This document shows, in pieces, positions 1 to 8,136 of a DNA stretch of 32,000 nt. Source of the stretch: Tannockella kyphosi (lineage in GTDB: Bacteria; Bacillota_I; Bacilli_A; Erysipelotrichales; Coprobacillaceae); assembly GCF_021054785.1 (NCBI RefSeq), contig NZ_CP088239.1, forward strand, positions 2,040,001-2,072,000, written 5' to 3'. Made by a program: the position numbers and the translations under genes. The notes beneath the pieces are model-generated. The model was not told the origin of the DNA, made no database searches, and saw nothing but the letters and a program-made list of their open reading frames with translations. Each line of letters opens with the position of its first letter. Within the stretch, counting starts at the first letter, position 1.

Positions 1-385
1 GATAAGAAATATCTTCATCACATTCTTCAATCAATGTTCCTTTGTATTGTTTCATTGCACTATGAATTGCTTGATAGGAAGTTACTGTAATTAACTTCAT
101 ATCTCTTAGATTTTGTGATAACACATCCGATGATACGACACCTTCTTTTAAAAATGCCTCCTCCATACGATGAATCCATTGTTCACGAATTGTAATAGTT
201 GGTACTAATACAATACAAGGTTCATTCATTAAACGTATTAATTCTATTCCTAAGGTTGTTTTCCCAGAACCAGGAGCTGCAACTATATGAACTTTCCCAT
301 CTCTTTTATAATCATAGTACTTATCTAAAACACGTTGTTGGTATTTTCTCCACGTTCCTTTAAAACATAATATGTTTTGATACAT
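1..385 (-). CDS. SF2 DEAD/DEAH (ResIII-type) helicase, N-terminal 128 codons only (runs off window)
   Basis: Hand translation of the reverse strand from ATG (385-383) gives MYQNILCFKGTWRKYQQRVLDKYYDYKRDGKVHIVAAPGSGKTTLGIELIRLMNEPCIVLVPTITIREQWIHRMEEAF..., open to position 1. It has a Q-motif-like WRKYQ and a Walker A AAPGSGKTT. A GGGAGA SD lies 6 nt upstream. The start is 17 nt after the stop of the upstream gene. Confidence 0.7.
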   Translation of the reverse strand, partial: MYQNILCFKGTWRKYQQRVLDKYYDYKRDGKVHIVAAPGSGKTTLGIELIRLMNEPCIVLVPTITIREQWIHRMEEAFLKEGVVSSDVLSQNLRDMKLITVTSYQAIHSAMKQYKGTLIEECDEDISY

Positions 386-402
386 TTTATTTCTCCCTGT
401 CT

Positions 403-1665
403 TTACTCATATATAAGTATCATGGTAAAACTATTCATCTCATCATTAGAAATCCATATATAAGAAGAAGCTCCTGTTATGTTTGCTTGATTCACTACTT
501 TTGATATTAAATCATCATTATTAATATTCCATATTATTTGATTATATATCTCACTATCACTTGTTTTCCAAACATAATAATTATCTACTACTGGATTTTT
601 AAAGATTTCTACTAACCTTGACTCACTATAAGTATCTACTACTAATCCTTCTACTACAAAGAAATTATATTGTGTGGCTGTTACTTCTGGTAATTCAAAA
701 TAATCATCTGCATAATGATTACTAGCAATATCTTCTTCTGTCACTAATAGGTAATCATAGTTTATTTGTTCTGCTAATAAGGATGCATTTTCATCACTTG
801 AATAATTAGGATCTCCCCATGTTACATCCACATAATAATATTCATCCTCAATAAGAACTAAATTCCATCCATGTCCTTCCTCACTCTCAAAAAAACTCGT
901 AGTACCGCTTATGAAAGTACAAGAAATACCCATCTCATTTAATATATATTGCATTGCTCTAGCATATCCCGCACATACTGCCTCTTGTTTAACAAGCGCC
1001 CCATAGCTTGTTTGATCATAATCACTAAATTCATATTCAACATGAAATACAATATATTCATAAACAGCTTTTACTTTTTCATAATCTGTTGCATCCCCAT
1101 CTATTCCACTGATTGCTTCTTGGACTACTTGTTTTGCTTCTTCTTTTTGTATTTCTATTTCTTCTGTGTCATAACGATAGTCAAATACTATCGTACAATT
1201 TGTAGTTGAGAAAAAATCACTACGCTTAACACTTATAGTTTCAACATATTCAGCTTCATAAAAATCAGAACGAATACAATTCCATATTTTTGTAATATCA
1301 TCTTCTGTTATATCCTTTGTTTTAAAAGAAATATTTGGTTCTAAATTAATAATAGCTTCTGCCATTAATAAATATATTTTTTGTTCATCTTGACTTAACG
1401 TACTATATGCCCAATATTCCAAATCTTCTTCAAACACTTCTTCTTTTTCTTCAAATAAAGAATAATCTAATGATTCTATTGATTGATAACTAGTTTGCAT
1501 TTCTTCAATCCATGTATTCATATCAAATTCATTATCTAATAGATTACTTGCAGTGACTCCTATTACTGCTATCACTGTCATAATACAAATAATTTTGATT
1601 ATAAACATAATAAACTTTGCAATAATCACGCTTATTTTCTTTTTTTCTCTTCTCTCTGGTTCCAT
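403..1665 (-). CDS. membrane-anchored transglutaminase-like (Cys-His-Asp) domain protein
   Basis: 420-aa ORF with a basic N-terminus followed by one TM helix (IIAKFIMFIIKIICIMTVIAVIGV). It carries the transglutaminase-core signature VCAGYARAM...GHGWNLV...YYYVDVTWGD. A GGGGAGA SD precedes the ATG. Confidence 0.75.
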   Translation of the reverse strand: MEPERREKKKISVIIAKFIMFIIKIICIMTVIAVIGVTASNLLDNEFDMNTWIEEMQTSYQSIESLDYSLFEEKEEVFEEDLEYWAYSTLSQDEQKIYLLMAEAIINLEPNISFKTKDITEDDITKIWNCIRSDFYEAEYVETISVKRSDFFSTTNCTIVFDYRYDTEEIEIQKEEAKQVVQEAISGIDGDATDYEKVKAVYEYIVFHVEYEFSDYDQTSYGALVKQEAVCAGYARAMQYILNEMGISCTFISGTTSFFESEEGHGWNLVLIEDEYYYVDVTWGDPNYSSDENASLLAEQINYDYLLVTEEDIASNHYADDYFELPEVTATQYNFFVVEGLVVDTYSESRLVEIFKNPVVDNYYVWKTSDSEIYNQIIWNINNDDLISKVVNQANITGASSYIWISNDEMNSFTMILIYE

Positions 1666-1728
1666 ATATATCTCCCCTTTTATATTTTTATTATCTATCA
1701 GATCCTAATGTTTGTAAATAGCAATAAT

Positions 1729-1750
1729 AAAAAAGTAGATGCTATCTACT
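1729..1750 (-). terminator. intrinsic terminator after the small TM ORF, upstream of the transglutaminase-like gene
   Basis: On the minus strand: AGTAGAT-AGC-ATCTACT (7-bp stem) followed by TTTTT. The hairpin overlaps the stop codon at 1742-1744. Confidence 0.5.
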
Positions 1751-1975
1751 TTTTTTATCTGCTATATAAATTAAAATTGTTCCTGCTAATTGTAAAACAA
1801 TGCTTTGCACAAATACTGCTACTAACAACAGTAAAACAATAGACGTAATATCTACTAATTCTCCTGTATTAATGGCTGCTAATATTATATAAACAGGTAA
1901 TAAAACAAGGCTTACTTTTTTTAAAAACTTTGATCCTCTTATAAAGTGATTTCCTATATAATGATATCTTTCCAT
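1742..1975 (-). CDS. small hypothetical membrane protein (77 aa, two predicted TM helices)
   Basis: The track ORF 1742..2011 overlaps the mnmE 3' end. The internal ATG at 1975 (MERYHYIGNHF...) begins one nt after the mnmE stop, so I trimmed the start to there. Two hydrophobic stretches are present. I recognise no homology. Confidence 0.45.
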   Translation of the reverse strand: MERYHYIGNHFIRGSKFLKKVSLVLLPVYIILAAINTGELVDITSIVLLLLVAVFVQSIVLQLAGTILIYIADKKSR

Positions 1976-1976
1976 C

Positions 1977-3311
1977 TTATTTACCAATACAAAAGCGTTT
2001 AAATAATTCATCTAATAAATCTTCTTTCGCTCTTTGTCCTAAAATATCTTTTAATTGTAACCAACAAGCATATAAATCTTCTACTATTAAATCTGTTGGT
2101 ATTCCCATATTCATGGCATCAATCGCTTGTTTTAAATAAATAGATGCTTGATATAAAAGATTTGTTTGTCTTGCATTCGTTAAAACATGATTGTGTTGAT
2201 CTGTTATTTTACCTAATTGGAATAATTCTTTTATTTGTCTTGTTAGTAATAAAACATCATGTTGTTTGGCACTAATTTCAATACCTTCGATATCAATTAC
2301 TTTTCCTAAATCTATTTTATTTAAAATAATAATACGATTCATATTCTCTGTTAAATCATATAATTCTTGATCTTCTTTTGTAAAAGGAGTAGATGCATCA
2401 AATACTAATAATATTAAATCAGCTTGTTTCATTACTTCTTTGGCTTTTTCTACACCTATACTTTCAATCATATTATCTGTTTTACGAATTCCTGCTGTAT
2501 CAATCATATTTAATAAAATATCATCTATTCTTATATTTCCTTCTACTACATCTCTGGTAGTACCTGCAATATCACTAACAATTGCTTTATCTTCTTTTAA
2601 TAAAGCATTTAATAAACTAGATTTACCTACATTTGGTCTTCCAATAATAACTGTTTGTATCCCATCTTTCATTAAACGAACATTTTTAGAATCTTCTAAT
2701 ATTTTATCCATCTTTTCTTTTAGACTAATACTTTTTGGTAATAAAGAATCACTTGTTAGTTCTTCAACATCATCATATTCTGGATAATCAATATTTACTT
2801 CTATTTGTGTAATAATCTGTATTAACTCTTCTTTTAAATCTTCTACAAAATGACGAATACTCCCGTCTATCCCTTGCAACGCTAGAGAAGATGCATAACT
2901 AGATTTTGCTGTGATTAAATCACTAATTGATTCTGCTTGTGATAAATCAATTCTTCCATTTAAAAAAGCTCTCTTACTAAATTCTCCACGCTCTGCTATT
3001 CTAGCACCATGTTTTAAACAAGTTTCTAACACCATTTGTGTTATATAAACTCCACCATGACAACTTATTTCTACCATTTCTTCCCCAGTAAAAGATCTTT
3101 TCCCTCGATAAATAGATACCATTACCTCATCTATCTTTTTATTATCATCCTCAATAAAACCATAAGTTATTGTATGTGTTTGTTTTTCCAATATTTTTCC
3201 TGTAAAAAATTCTTGTACAAAAGAAATACAATCCTTTCCACTAATACGCAACATAGAAATAGCAGCTTCTAATCGACTCGTAGCTACTGCTACAATAATA
3301 TCTTCATTCAT
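1977..3311 (-). CDS. mnmE: tRNA uridine-5-carboxymethylaminomethyl modification GTPase MnmE
   Basis: 444 aa with G1 GRPNVGKSSLLN, G3 DTAGIR, NKIDL, and the family-typical C-terminal CIGK. It sits in the canonical position after jag. Confidence 0.95.
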   Translation of the reverse strand: MNEDIIVAVATSRLEAAISMLRISGKDCISFVQEFFTGKILEKQTHTITYGFIEDDNKKIDEVMVSIYRGKRSFTGEEMVEISCHGGVYITQMVLETCLKHGARIAERGEFSKRAFLNGRIDLSQAESISDLITAKSSYASSLALQGIDGSIRHFVEDLKEELIQIITQIEVNIDYPEYDDVEELTSDSLLPKSISLKEKMDKILEDSKNVRLMKDGIQTVIIGRPNVGKSSLLNALLKEDKAIVSDIAGTTRDVVEGNIRIDDILLNMIDTAGIRKTDNMIESIGVEKAKEVMKQADLILLVFDASTPFTKEDQELYDLTENMNRIIILNKIDLGKVIDIEGIEISAKQHDVLLLTRQIKELFQLGKITDQHNHVLTNARQTNLLYQASIYLKQAIDAMNMGIPTDLIVEDLYACWLQLKDILGQRAKEDLLDELFKRFCIGK

Positions 3312-3345
3312 CTTTTCACCTTCTTTTTAATTGTAGTATATCATG

Positions 3346-3371
3346 AAAAAAGAAACTGTTATACAGTTTCT
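3346..3371 (-). terminator. intrinsic terminator between jag and mnmE
   Basis: On the minus strand: AGAAACTGT-ATA-ACAGTTTCT (9-bp stem) followed by TTTTT, immediately after the jag stop. Confidence 0.5.
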
Positions 3372-3973
3372 TAATCAACATACATAATTGTCATATATCG
3401 GTTTTTACCTTCACCAACACTCTTTGTTTTTAAATGACCCATTTCTGAAATTACTTGATGCATTACTTTTCTTTCATCAGCAGGCATTGGATCTAATTTT
3501 AATTCAGCTTTCGTTCTCCAAACTTGTTTTCCAAAACGTTTTGCCATAGAAGCTACTTTTTTATATCTATCTTCTTTATAACCATTAATATCTACACTTA
3601 TTTCAATACGTTTTTTAAAAGTATTGTTTACTGCATTTTTAACAATTAAATTAATAGCTCTTAAGATAACTCCATTTTTCCCAATTAAAATAGAATTATT
3701 ACTTGAATTAATATTACAATAAATACGTCCATCTTGTAGATAAGATACTGTTTCTACTTCAAAATCCATATCTTTTAATATTTTTGTAATATATGATTCC
3801 ATGAATTCTTGTATCATTTGTGTTGTATAACAAGATATTTCTACTTTTTTTGAAAAAAGTGTTTTTGTTTGAGAAACTATTTCATAATTTAATTGTTCTA
3901 ATGTAACACCTAAATCTTGACAAGCTAATACTAAAGCTTCATCTTCTGTTTTCCCTACATATTTTTTCATCAT
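3371..3973 (-). CDS. jag: Jag/KhpB RNA-binding protein (Jag-N, KH, R3H domains)
   Basis: 200 aa with the N-terminal Jag_N-like GKTEDEALVLACQDLGV and the C-terminal R3H-like PMPADERKVMHQVISE. Located immediately after yidC. Confidence 0.85.
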   Translation of the reverse strand: MMKKYVGKTEDEALVLACQDLGVTLEQLNYEIVSQTKTLFSKKVEISCYTTQMIQEFMESYITKILKDMDFEVETVSYLQDGRIYCNINSSNNSILIGKNGVILRAINLIVKNAVNNTFKKRIEISVDINGYKEDRYKKVASMAKRFGKQVWRTKAELKLDPMPADERKVMHQVISEMGHLKTKSVGEGKNRYMTIMYVD

Positions 3974-3984
3974 AATTCCCTCTT

Positions 3985-4878
3985 TTATTTGTTTAAGTAG
4001 TTTGTATTCGTATCGTGTACTTTTTTCTTAATTTTTTCAATATGATAAATTTGAATATAAACAGTTCTACCCATTGTAATTAAACTAGTAGTAATCCAAT
4101 AGAAAGACATTGCTGTTGGGAATGTTACTGCAAACCAAACAATCATTAATACCATCATTCTATTCATTGTTTTCATTTGATCCATCGCACTTGACTTTTT
4201 GTAATGTGGATTACGTTTTGCCATAATGCTTGTCATTTCCATAGAGAAGAATTGAGAAACAGCTACGATAGCAATTAAAATAATATATTTAATATCAAAT
4301 TGCATAATGAAATCTAAAGGATCAGCTCCCAAGTTAAATCCTAAGAATTCAGTTGTATATAAAATTTCTAATCTTTGTACTGATTGCCACATTGCAATCA
4401 TAATTGGTAATGTTAAGAATGTTGTTAATGAAGCTAACATACTAACATCATTTTTCTTATATAAACTAGTTAATTCATTACTCAATCTCATTTGAGAAGC
4501 TTGATCTTTACGTCCTTTATATTTTCTTTGAATTTTATCAATTTCTGGTTGAATCATTTGCATCTTTTGACTAGATACCGTTGATTTAATCATGATTGGT
4601 AAAGTAATAATATTAATTATAATAGTTGCACAAATAACACCTAATGCATAATTCCCAAATAACTCTCCTGTAAATAATACGGCCTTACAAATAGGAATTA
4701 CTAATAAAAAATCAAACCAACCAGCATCCCAAGACCATACTGTTGATTCTGTAATTGCTCTAGAAGCAATTAATTGTCCATCTGAATCTAAATTTGATGT
4801 ACAACCTGTTAATACTACCATTACAAATAATAATGATAATACTTTAAGTACTCTTTTTGTTTTATAATCCAAAACCAT
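3985..4878 (-). CDS. yidC: membrane protein insertase YidC (lipoprotein type, SpoIIIJ/YqjG-like)
   Basis: 297 aa with lipobox LTGCTS, multiple TM helices and a basic C-terminal tail. Its start codon directly abuts the rnpA stop. Confidence 0.9.
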   Translation of the reverse strand: MVLDYKTKRVLKVLSLLFVMVVLTGCTSNLDSDGQLIASRAITESTVWSWDAGWFDFLLVIPICKAVLFTGELFGNYALGVICATIIINIITLPIMIKSTVSSQKMQMIQPEIDKIQRKYKGRKDQASQMRLSNELTSLYKKNDVSMLASLTTFLTLPIMIAMWQSVQRLEILYTTEFLGFNLGADPLDFIMQFDIKYIILIAIVAVSQFFSMEMTSIMAKRNPHYKKSSAMDQMKTMNRMMVLMIVWFAVTFPTAMSFYWITTSLITMGRTVYIQIYHIEKIKKKVHDTNTNYLNK

Positions 4879-5217
4879 TTAGTTACCCATCCTTTTTTTT
4901 ACTTTTTTCAATAAATATTGAATTTCTTTTTTTGCTTGACTATAAGATATAGTTATATATTTATTTCTTACTATTATAATATAATCAAATCCATTATTCA
5001 ATTCAATTGTTTCTTGCACTAAACTACGAATTTGTCGCTTAATTTTGTTTCTAACTACTGCATTTCCTAATTTTTTACTAACTGAGATACCAATTCTTGT
5101 TTTTTCACTGTTATTTTTACGGAAATACATTACGAAACATGCATTAGCAACACTCTGTTTTAATCGAATAATTTCTTGAAACTCTTCATTTTTACAAATT
5201 CTGTTTTCTTTTTTCAT
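4879..5217 (-). CDS. rnpA: RNase P protein component
   Basis: 112 aa, basic, with the RNR-type motif NAVVRNKIKRQIR. Located downstream of rpmH. I see no obvious SD upstream. Confidence 0.9.
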   Translation of the reverse strand: MKKENRICKNEEFQEIIRLKQSVANACFVMYFRKNNSEKTRIGISVSKKLGNAVVRNKIKRQIRSLVQETIELNNGFDYIIIVRNKYITISYSQAKKEIQYLLKKVKKRMGN

Positions 5218-5226
5218 GTTTTTAAG

Positions 5227-5256
5227 AAAAAAAATCCACTACTGAGTGGATTTTTT
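5227..5256 (-). terminator. stem-loop with U-tract between rpmH and rnpA (terminator/attenuator)
   Basis: ATCCACT-ACTG-AGTGGAT, flanked by A7 and T6. Read on the minus strand, the hairpin is followed by U7. It lies 3 nt after the rpmH stop. Confidence 0.55.
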
Positions 5257-5258
5257 AA

Positions 5259-5393
5259 TTAAGCAGATAATACTTTTCTTCCTCTTTTACGACGACGTGC
5301 AAGTACTTTTCTTCCTCCCACAGTAGCCATTCTAGCTCTGAAACCATGGACTTTAGATCTTTTTCTTTTATTTGGTTGATATGTTCTTTTCAT
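5259..5393 (-). CDS. rpmH: 50S ribosomal protein L34
   Basis: Not in the ORF track because it is under 60 aa. Hand translation gives [44 protein letters not shown] (44 aa), a textbook L34. A GGAGGTG SD lies upstream. Confidence 0.95.
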   Translation of the reverse strand: MKRTYQPNKRKRSKVHGFRARMATVGGRKVLARRRKRGRKVLSA

Positions 5394-5448
5394 CTTGTTA
5401 CACCTCCATAATGCTTTAATTTTTTATACAAATAACATATGCTTAATC

Positions 5449-5477
5449 ATTTTATCTAAATATGTACAATAAGTCAA
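5449..5477 (-). promoter_or_regulatory. sigma-A type promoter for rpmH
   Basis: On the minus strand: TTGACT, a 17-nt spacer, then TAAAAT. Confidence 0.6.
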
Positions 5478-5527
5478 TCTTTTTTTATTCTTTCTACTTG
5501 CCCAAAAATGCCTATTCATTCTGCTTT

Positions 5528-6196
5528 TTAATATTGAATAATATAAGCATCTATTTCCATTAATGAATCATTACTTAATACATAAATATTATTTTCAACA
5601 CGAACACTTACCGTTACACTCACTATTTGGCCATAACCAATATTACTAATTGCATCTTGATAACTATCAATAACCGCATTAGCCCATTCATTATCATAGG
5701 CAATACATATATCTTCATATTCTTCATCACTCATCGTTGTATAATCATATACTTCATATTTTTCCGTCAAAACATCAACATATTCATTCATTTCTTCAAT
5801 TACTTGTAAAAATACATCGATTGGTTGAATATCAATTGTAACTTCAAATTCACTATCCGATATTTTCACAGCTTCATTTACTTCATAATTTGCTTTTAAA
5901 TACATTTCTTTATAAATAGTAGCAACATCTTCATACATTTGATCCGTTGGATATATTATATTCCAATTATAAAAGAAAGATTCTACTTCATAATCTATTC
6001 CTGTTTCATACCTTTCTACTATTTCACTATCTGATGATTGTGTAAATTCTTGATAAACCGCATATTCATTATAATAAGTTGAATCTAATATTGATTTTAC
6101 ATAAGATGTTGCATATTCACACCCTTCCGTATCACTACAACCAGTTATAGAAAATAAAATTAAAAAAACAAGTATTAATTTTTTAAAGTTATTCAT
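5528..6196 (-). CDS. putative lipoprotein, acidic and Tyr-rich, uncharacterised family (paralog of 17158..17826)
   Basis: 222 aa with a signal peptide plus lipobox LFSITGCS. It aligns colinearly and without gaps to the 17158..17826 product; roughly half the residues are identical by eye. Confidence 0.75.
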   Translation of the reverse strand: MNNFKKLILVFLILFSITGCSDTEGCEYATSYVKSILDSTYYNEYAVYQEFTQSSDSEIVERYETGIDYEVESFFYNWNIIYPTDQMYEDVATIYKEMYLKANYEVNEAVKISDSEFEVTIDIQPIDVFLQVIEEMNEYVDVLTEKYEVYDYTTMSDEEYEDICIAYDNEWANAVIDSYQDAISNIGYGQIVSVTVSVRVENNIYVLSNDSLMEIDAYIIQY

Positions 6197-6254
6197 ATTT
6201 TTACCTCATTTCTTTTTCTTATCATATCATATTCTTAAGTTTAATATTTTATAT

Positions 6255-6619
6255 TGTGAATAACTTTTCGTAAATATTATATATTATTATAAAAAATATA
6301 GGTTTTTAGGACTTATTTTTAATTTAACCTTTAATTTTAAGTTGTTCACAAAAAAAGGGGATGTGATTTTGAATGTGAATAACTGTGAATTACTTAAAAA
6401 AGATGCTTATAAAGAGGATAATTAATGTGAATAAATTATGAATAGTTTATTTTAAGTCAAGTTATTCACAATTATATATTCACTATTCACATTTAGTGTG
6501 CATAAAAAGTTGTGAATAATGTGAATAAGTCTTTAAATTCAACAATTTTCTACATTAAATTGTGAATAACTTTGTGCTTATCTTATTCTTTTTTTTTTAT
6601 TCTTTTTTTTTTATTCACA
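6255..6619. other. oriC part I: DnaA-box cluster upstream of dnaA
   Basis: There are 12 DnaA-box-like 9-mers. Exact TGTGAATAA occurs at 6255, 6374, 6426, 6511, 6520 and 6561. Exact TTATTCACA occurs at 6462 and 6611. One-off variants occur at 6342 (ttgttcaca), 6384 (tgtgaatta), 6483 (ctattcaca) and 6497 (tgtgcataa). Very AT-rich spacers and long T-tracts are present. Gene orientation switches here. Confidence 0.85.
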
Positions 6620-6655
6620 AATGTCTATAATATAGAGGAAAGGAGTGATTTTTGT

Positions 6656-7996
6656 ATGTATAATTTTAATGAAATTTGGCAAAACTGTCTTACTATTATG
6701 GAACAAAAAGAAATAGTAAAAGATAAGATTTGTTTTGATACATATTTTAAAGGATCTACCTTGGAATCTATTGAAAATAATGTAGCTACACTATCTACAT
6801 TAATGTCTTTTAATATTGATACTATTATGGTTTATAAATTAGAAATTGAATCTATTCTTTCTTCTATTGTTAATGAGACAATAGAATTAAGAGTGGTGAC
6901 TGAAGATGATTATTTAGAAGAAAAAAAGGCATCAGAACATAAAAATATGCCTTTTAAAGATAATATTAATATTGATCAAACTTTTGAAAGTTTTGTTGTT
7001 GGTAGTTCAAATCGGATGGCACAAAATGCTGCTTCTATTGTTTCTACAAATCCAGGAGCAAACTTTAATCCATTATTTTTATATAGTAATCCAGGGTTAG
7101 GTAAGACCCATTTATTACATTCTATTGGTAATTATGCTAAAAAATGTAATTCTAATTTAGTAATTCGATATATAACATCAAAAGAATTTGTTGATGAAAT
7201 TATTGAAGGAATGAAATATCGTAATTTAGATGATATTTATGAAAAATATAATCAAATTGATATTCTATTAATTGATGATATTCAATTTTTATTTGGTAAA
7301 GAAAAAAGTAGTGAAATTTTCTTCCATATATTTAATAATATTATTAATAATAACAAACAAATAGTAATAACTTCTGATAAAAAACCAGAAGAATTACAAG
7401 GAATAGAAGATCGATTAATAAGTCGTTTTCAATCTGGATTAAGTTTTGGTATTGATCCACCTGAATTTGAAACTGCTAGAGCAATCTTAGAAAAGAAAAT
7501 AGAAAATCTTGATAATCCTCAATTAGTTATTCAAGATGATGTTATTGATTTTATGGCTTCTAATTATTGTAATGATATTCGTAATTTAGAAGGATCTTTA
7601 AAAAGATTATTCTTTTGTAGTATTATGCAAGGAATTAATGTTATTGATATGAATTTTATTTTTGATGCTTTTCGCGATGATAATTCTATTAAAAATCCTA
7701 CAAGTACAGTAACAAAAGATATTATTTTAAAAACAACAGCTGATTTTTATTATTTATCTGTTACACAATTAATATCTAAAAATAAAACTCAAAAACTAAC
7801 AACACCAAGAGAAATAAGTATGTTTTTAATGAGAGATTTATTAGATATAACTTTTGCAGAAATAGGTTCTACTTATAGTGGTAGAGATCATTCTACTATT
7901 ATGAAAGCTTGTGCTCGTGTAGAAAAGAAAATGAAGAATGATAAAGACTATAAACTTGCAGTAACAAAACTTAAAGAAAAGTTAGGCACAAGTTAA
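6656..7996 (+). CDS. dnaA: chromosomal replication initiator DnaA
   Basis: AAA+ Walker A GLGKTHLL, Walker B LLIDDIQF, and the C-terminal DNA-binding region RDHSTIMKA. I trimmed the start from the track's 6572 to the ATG at 6656 (MYNFNEIWQ), which has an AGGAG 10 nt upstream. The track's N-terminal extension reads through the T-tract and DnaA-box DNA. Confidence 0.95.
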   Translation: MYNFNEIWQNCLTIMEQKEIVKDKICFDTYFKGSTLESIENNVATLSTLMSFNIDTIMVYKLEIESILSSIVNETIELRVVTEDDYLEEKKASEHKNMPFKDNINIDQTFESFVVGSSNRMAQNAASIVSTNPGANFNPLFLYSNPGLGKTHLLHSIGNYAKKCNSNLVIRYITSKEFVDEIIEGMKYRNLDDIYEKYNQIDILLIDDIQFLFGKEKSSEIFFHIFNNIINNNKQIVITSDKKPEELQGIEDRLISRFQSGLSFGIDPPEFETARAILEKKIENLDNPQLVIQDDVIDFMASNYCNDIRNLEGSLKRLFFCSIMQGINVIDMNFIFDAFRDDNSIKNPTSTVTKDIILKTTADFYYLSVTQLISKNKTQKLTTPREISMFLMRDLLDITFAEIGSTYSGRDHSTIMKACARVEKKMKNDKDYKLAVTKLKEKLGTS

Positions 7997-8013
7997 GAAC
8001 TTTTTATACACAA

Positions 8014-8126
8014 TCTTATTCATATTAAAAAAGCTTATATTATCAGTGTTTTTCTATTTATTCACATTGTTCACATACTAATAATAATAATAAAGTTATT
8101 TTAAATAATTTATTATATATAAAGGA
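8014..8126. other. oriC part II: DnaA boxes + trinucleotide run + AT-rich candidate unwinding element (dnaA-dnaN spacer)
   Basis: ttatacaca lies at 8014-8022. Two abutting boxes follow: ttattcaca (8058-8066) and ttgttcaca (8067-8075). They are followed directly by TAC(TAA)5 at 8076-8093 and then almost pure A/T up to the dnaN SD. Confidence 0.7.
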
Positions 8127-8136
8127 GATAAATATT

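Noticed and set aside
6572-6655. The N-terminal 28-codon extension of the dnaA ORF in the track (MCLSYSFFFILFFLF...).
   Set aside because: It starts at a non-ATG codon and translates T-tracts and a DnaA box. It has no SD. The ATG at 6656 has an AGGAG and gives a normal DnaA domain I.
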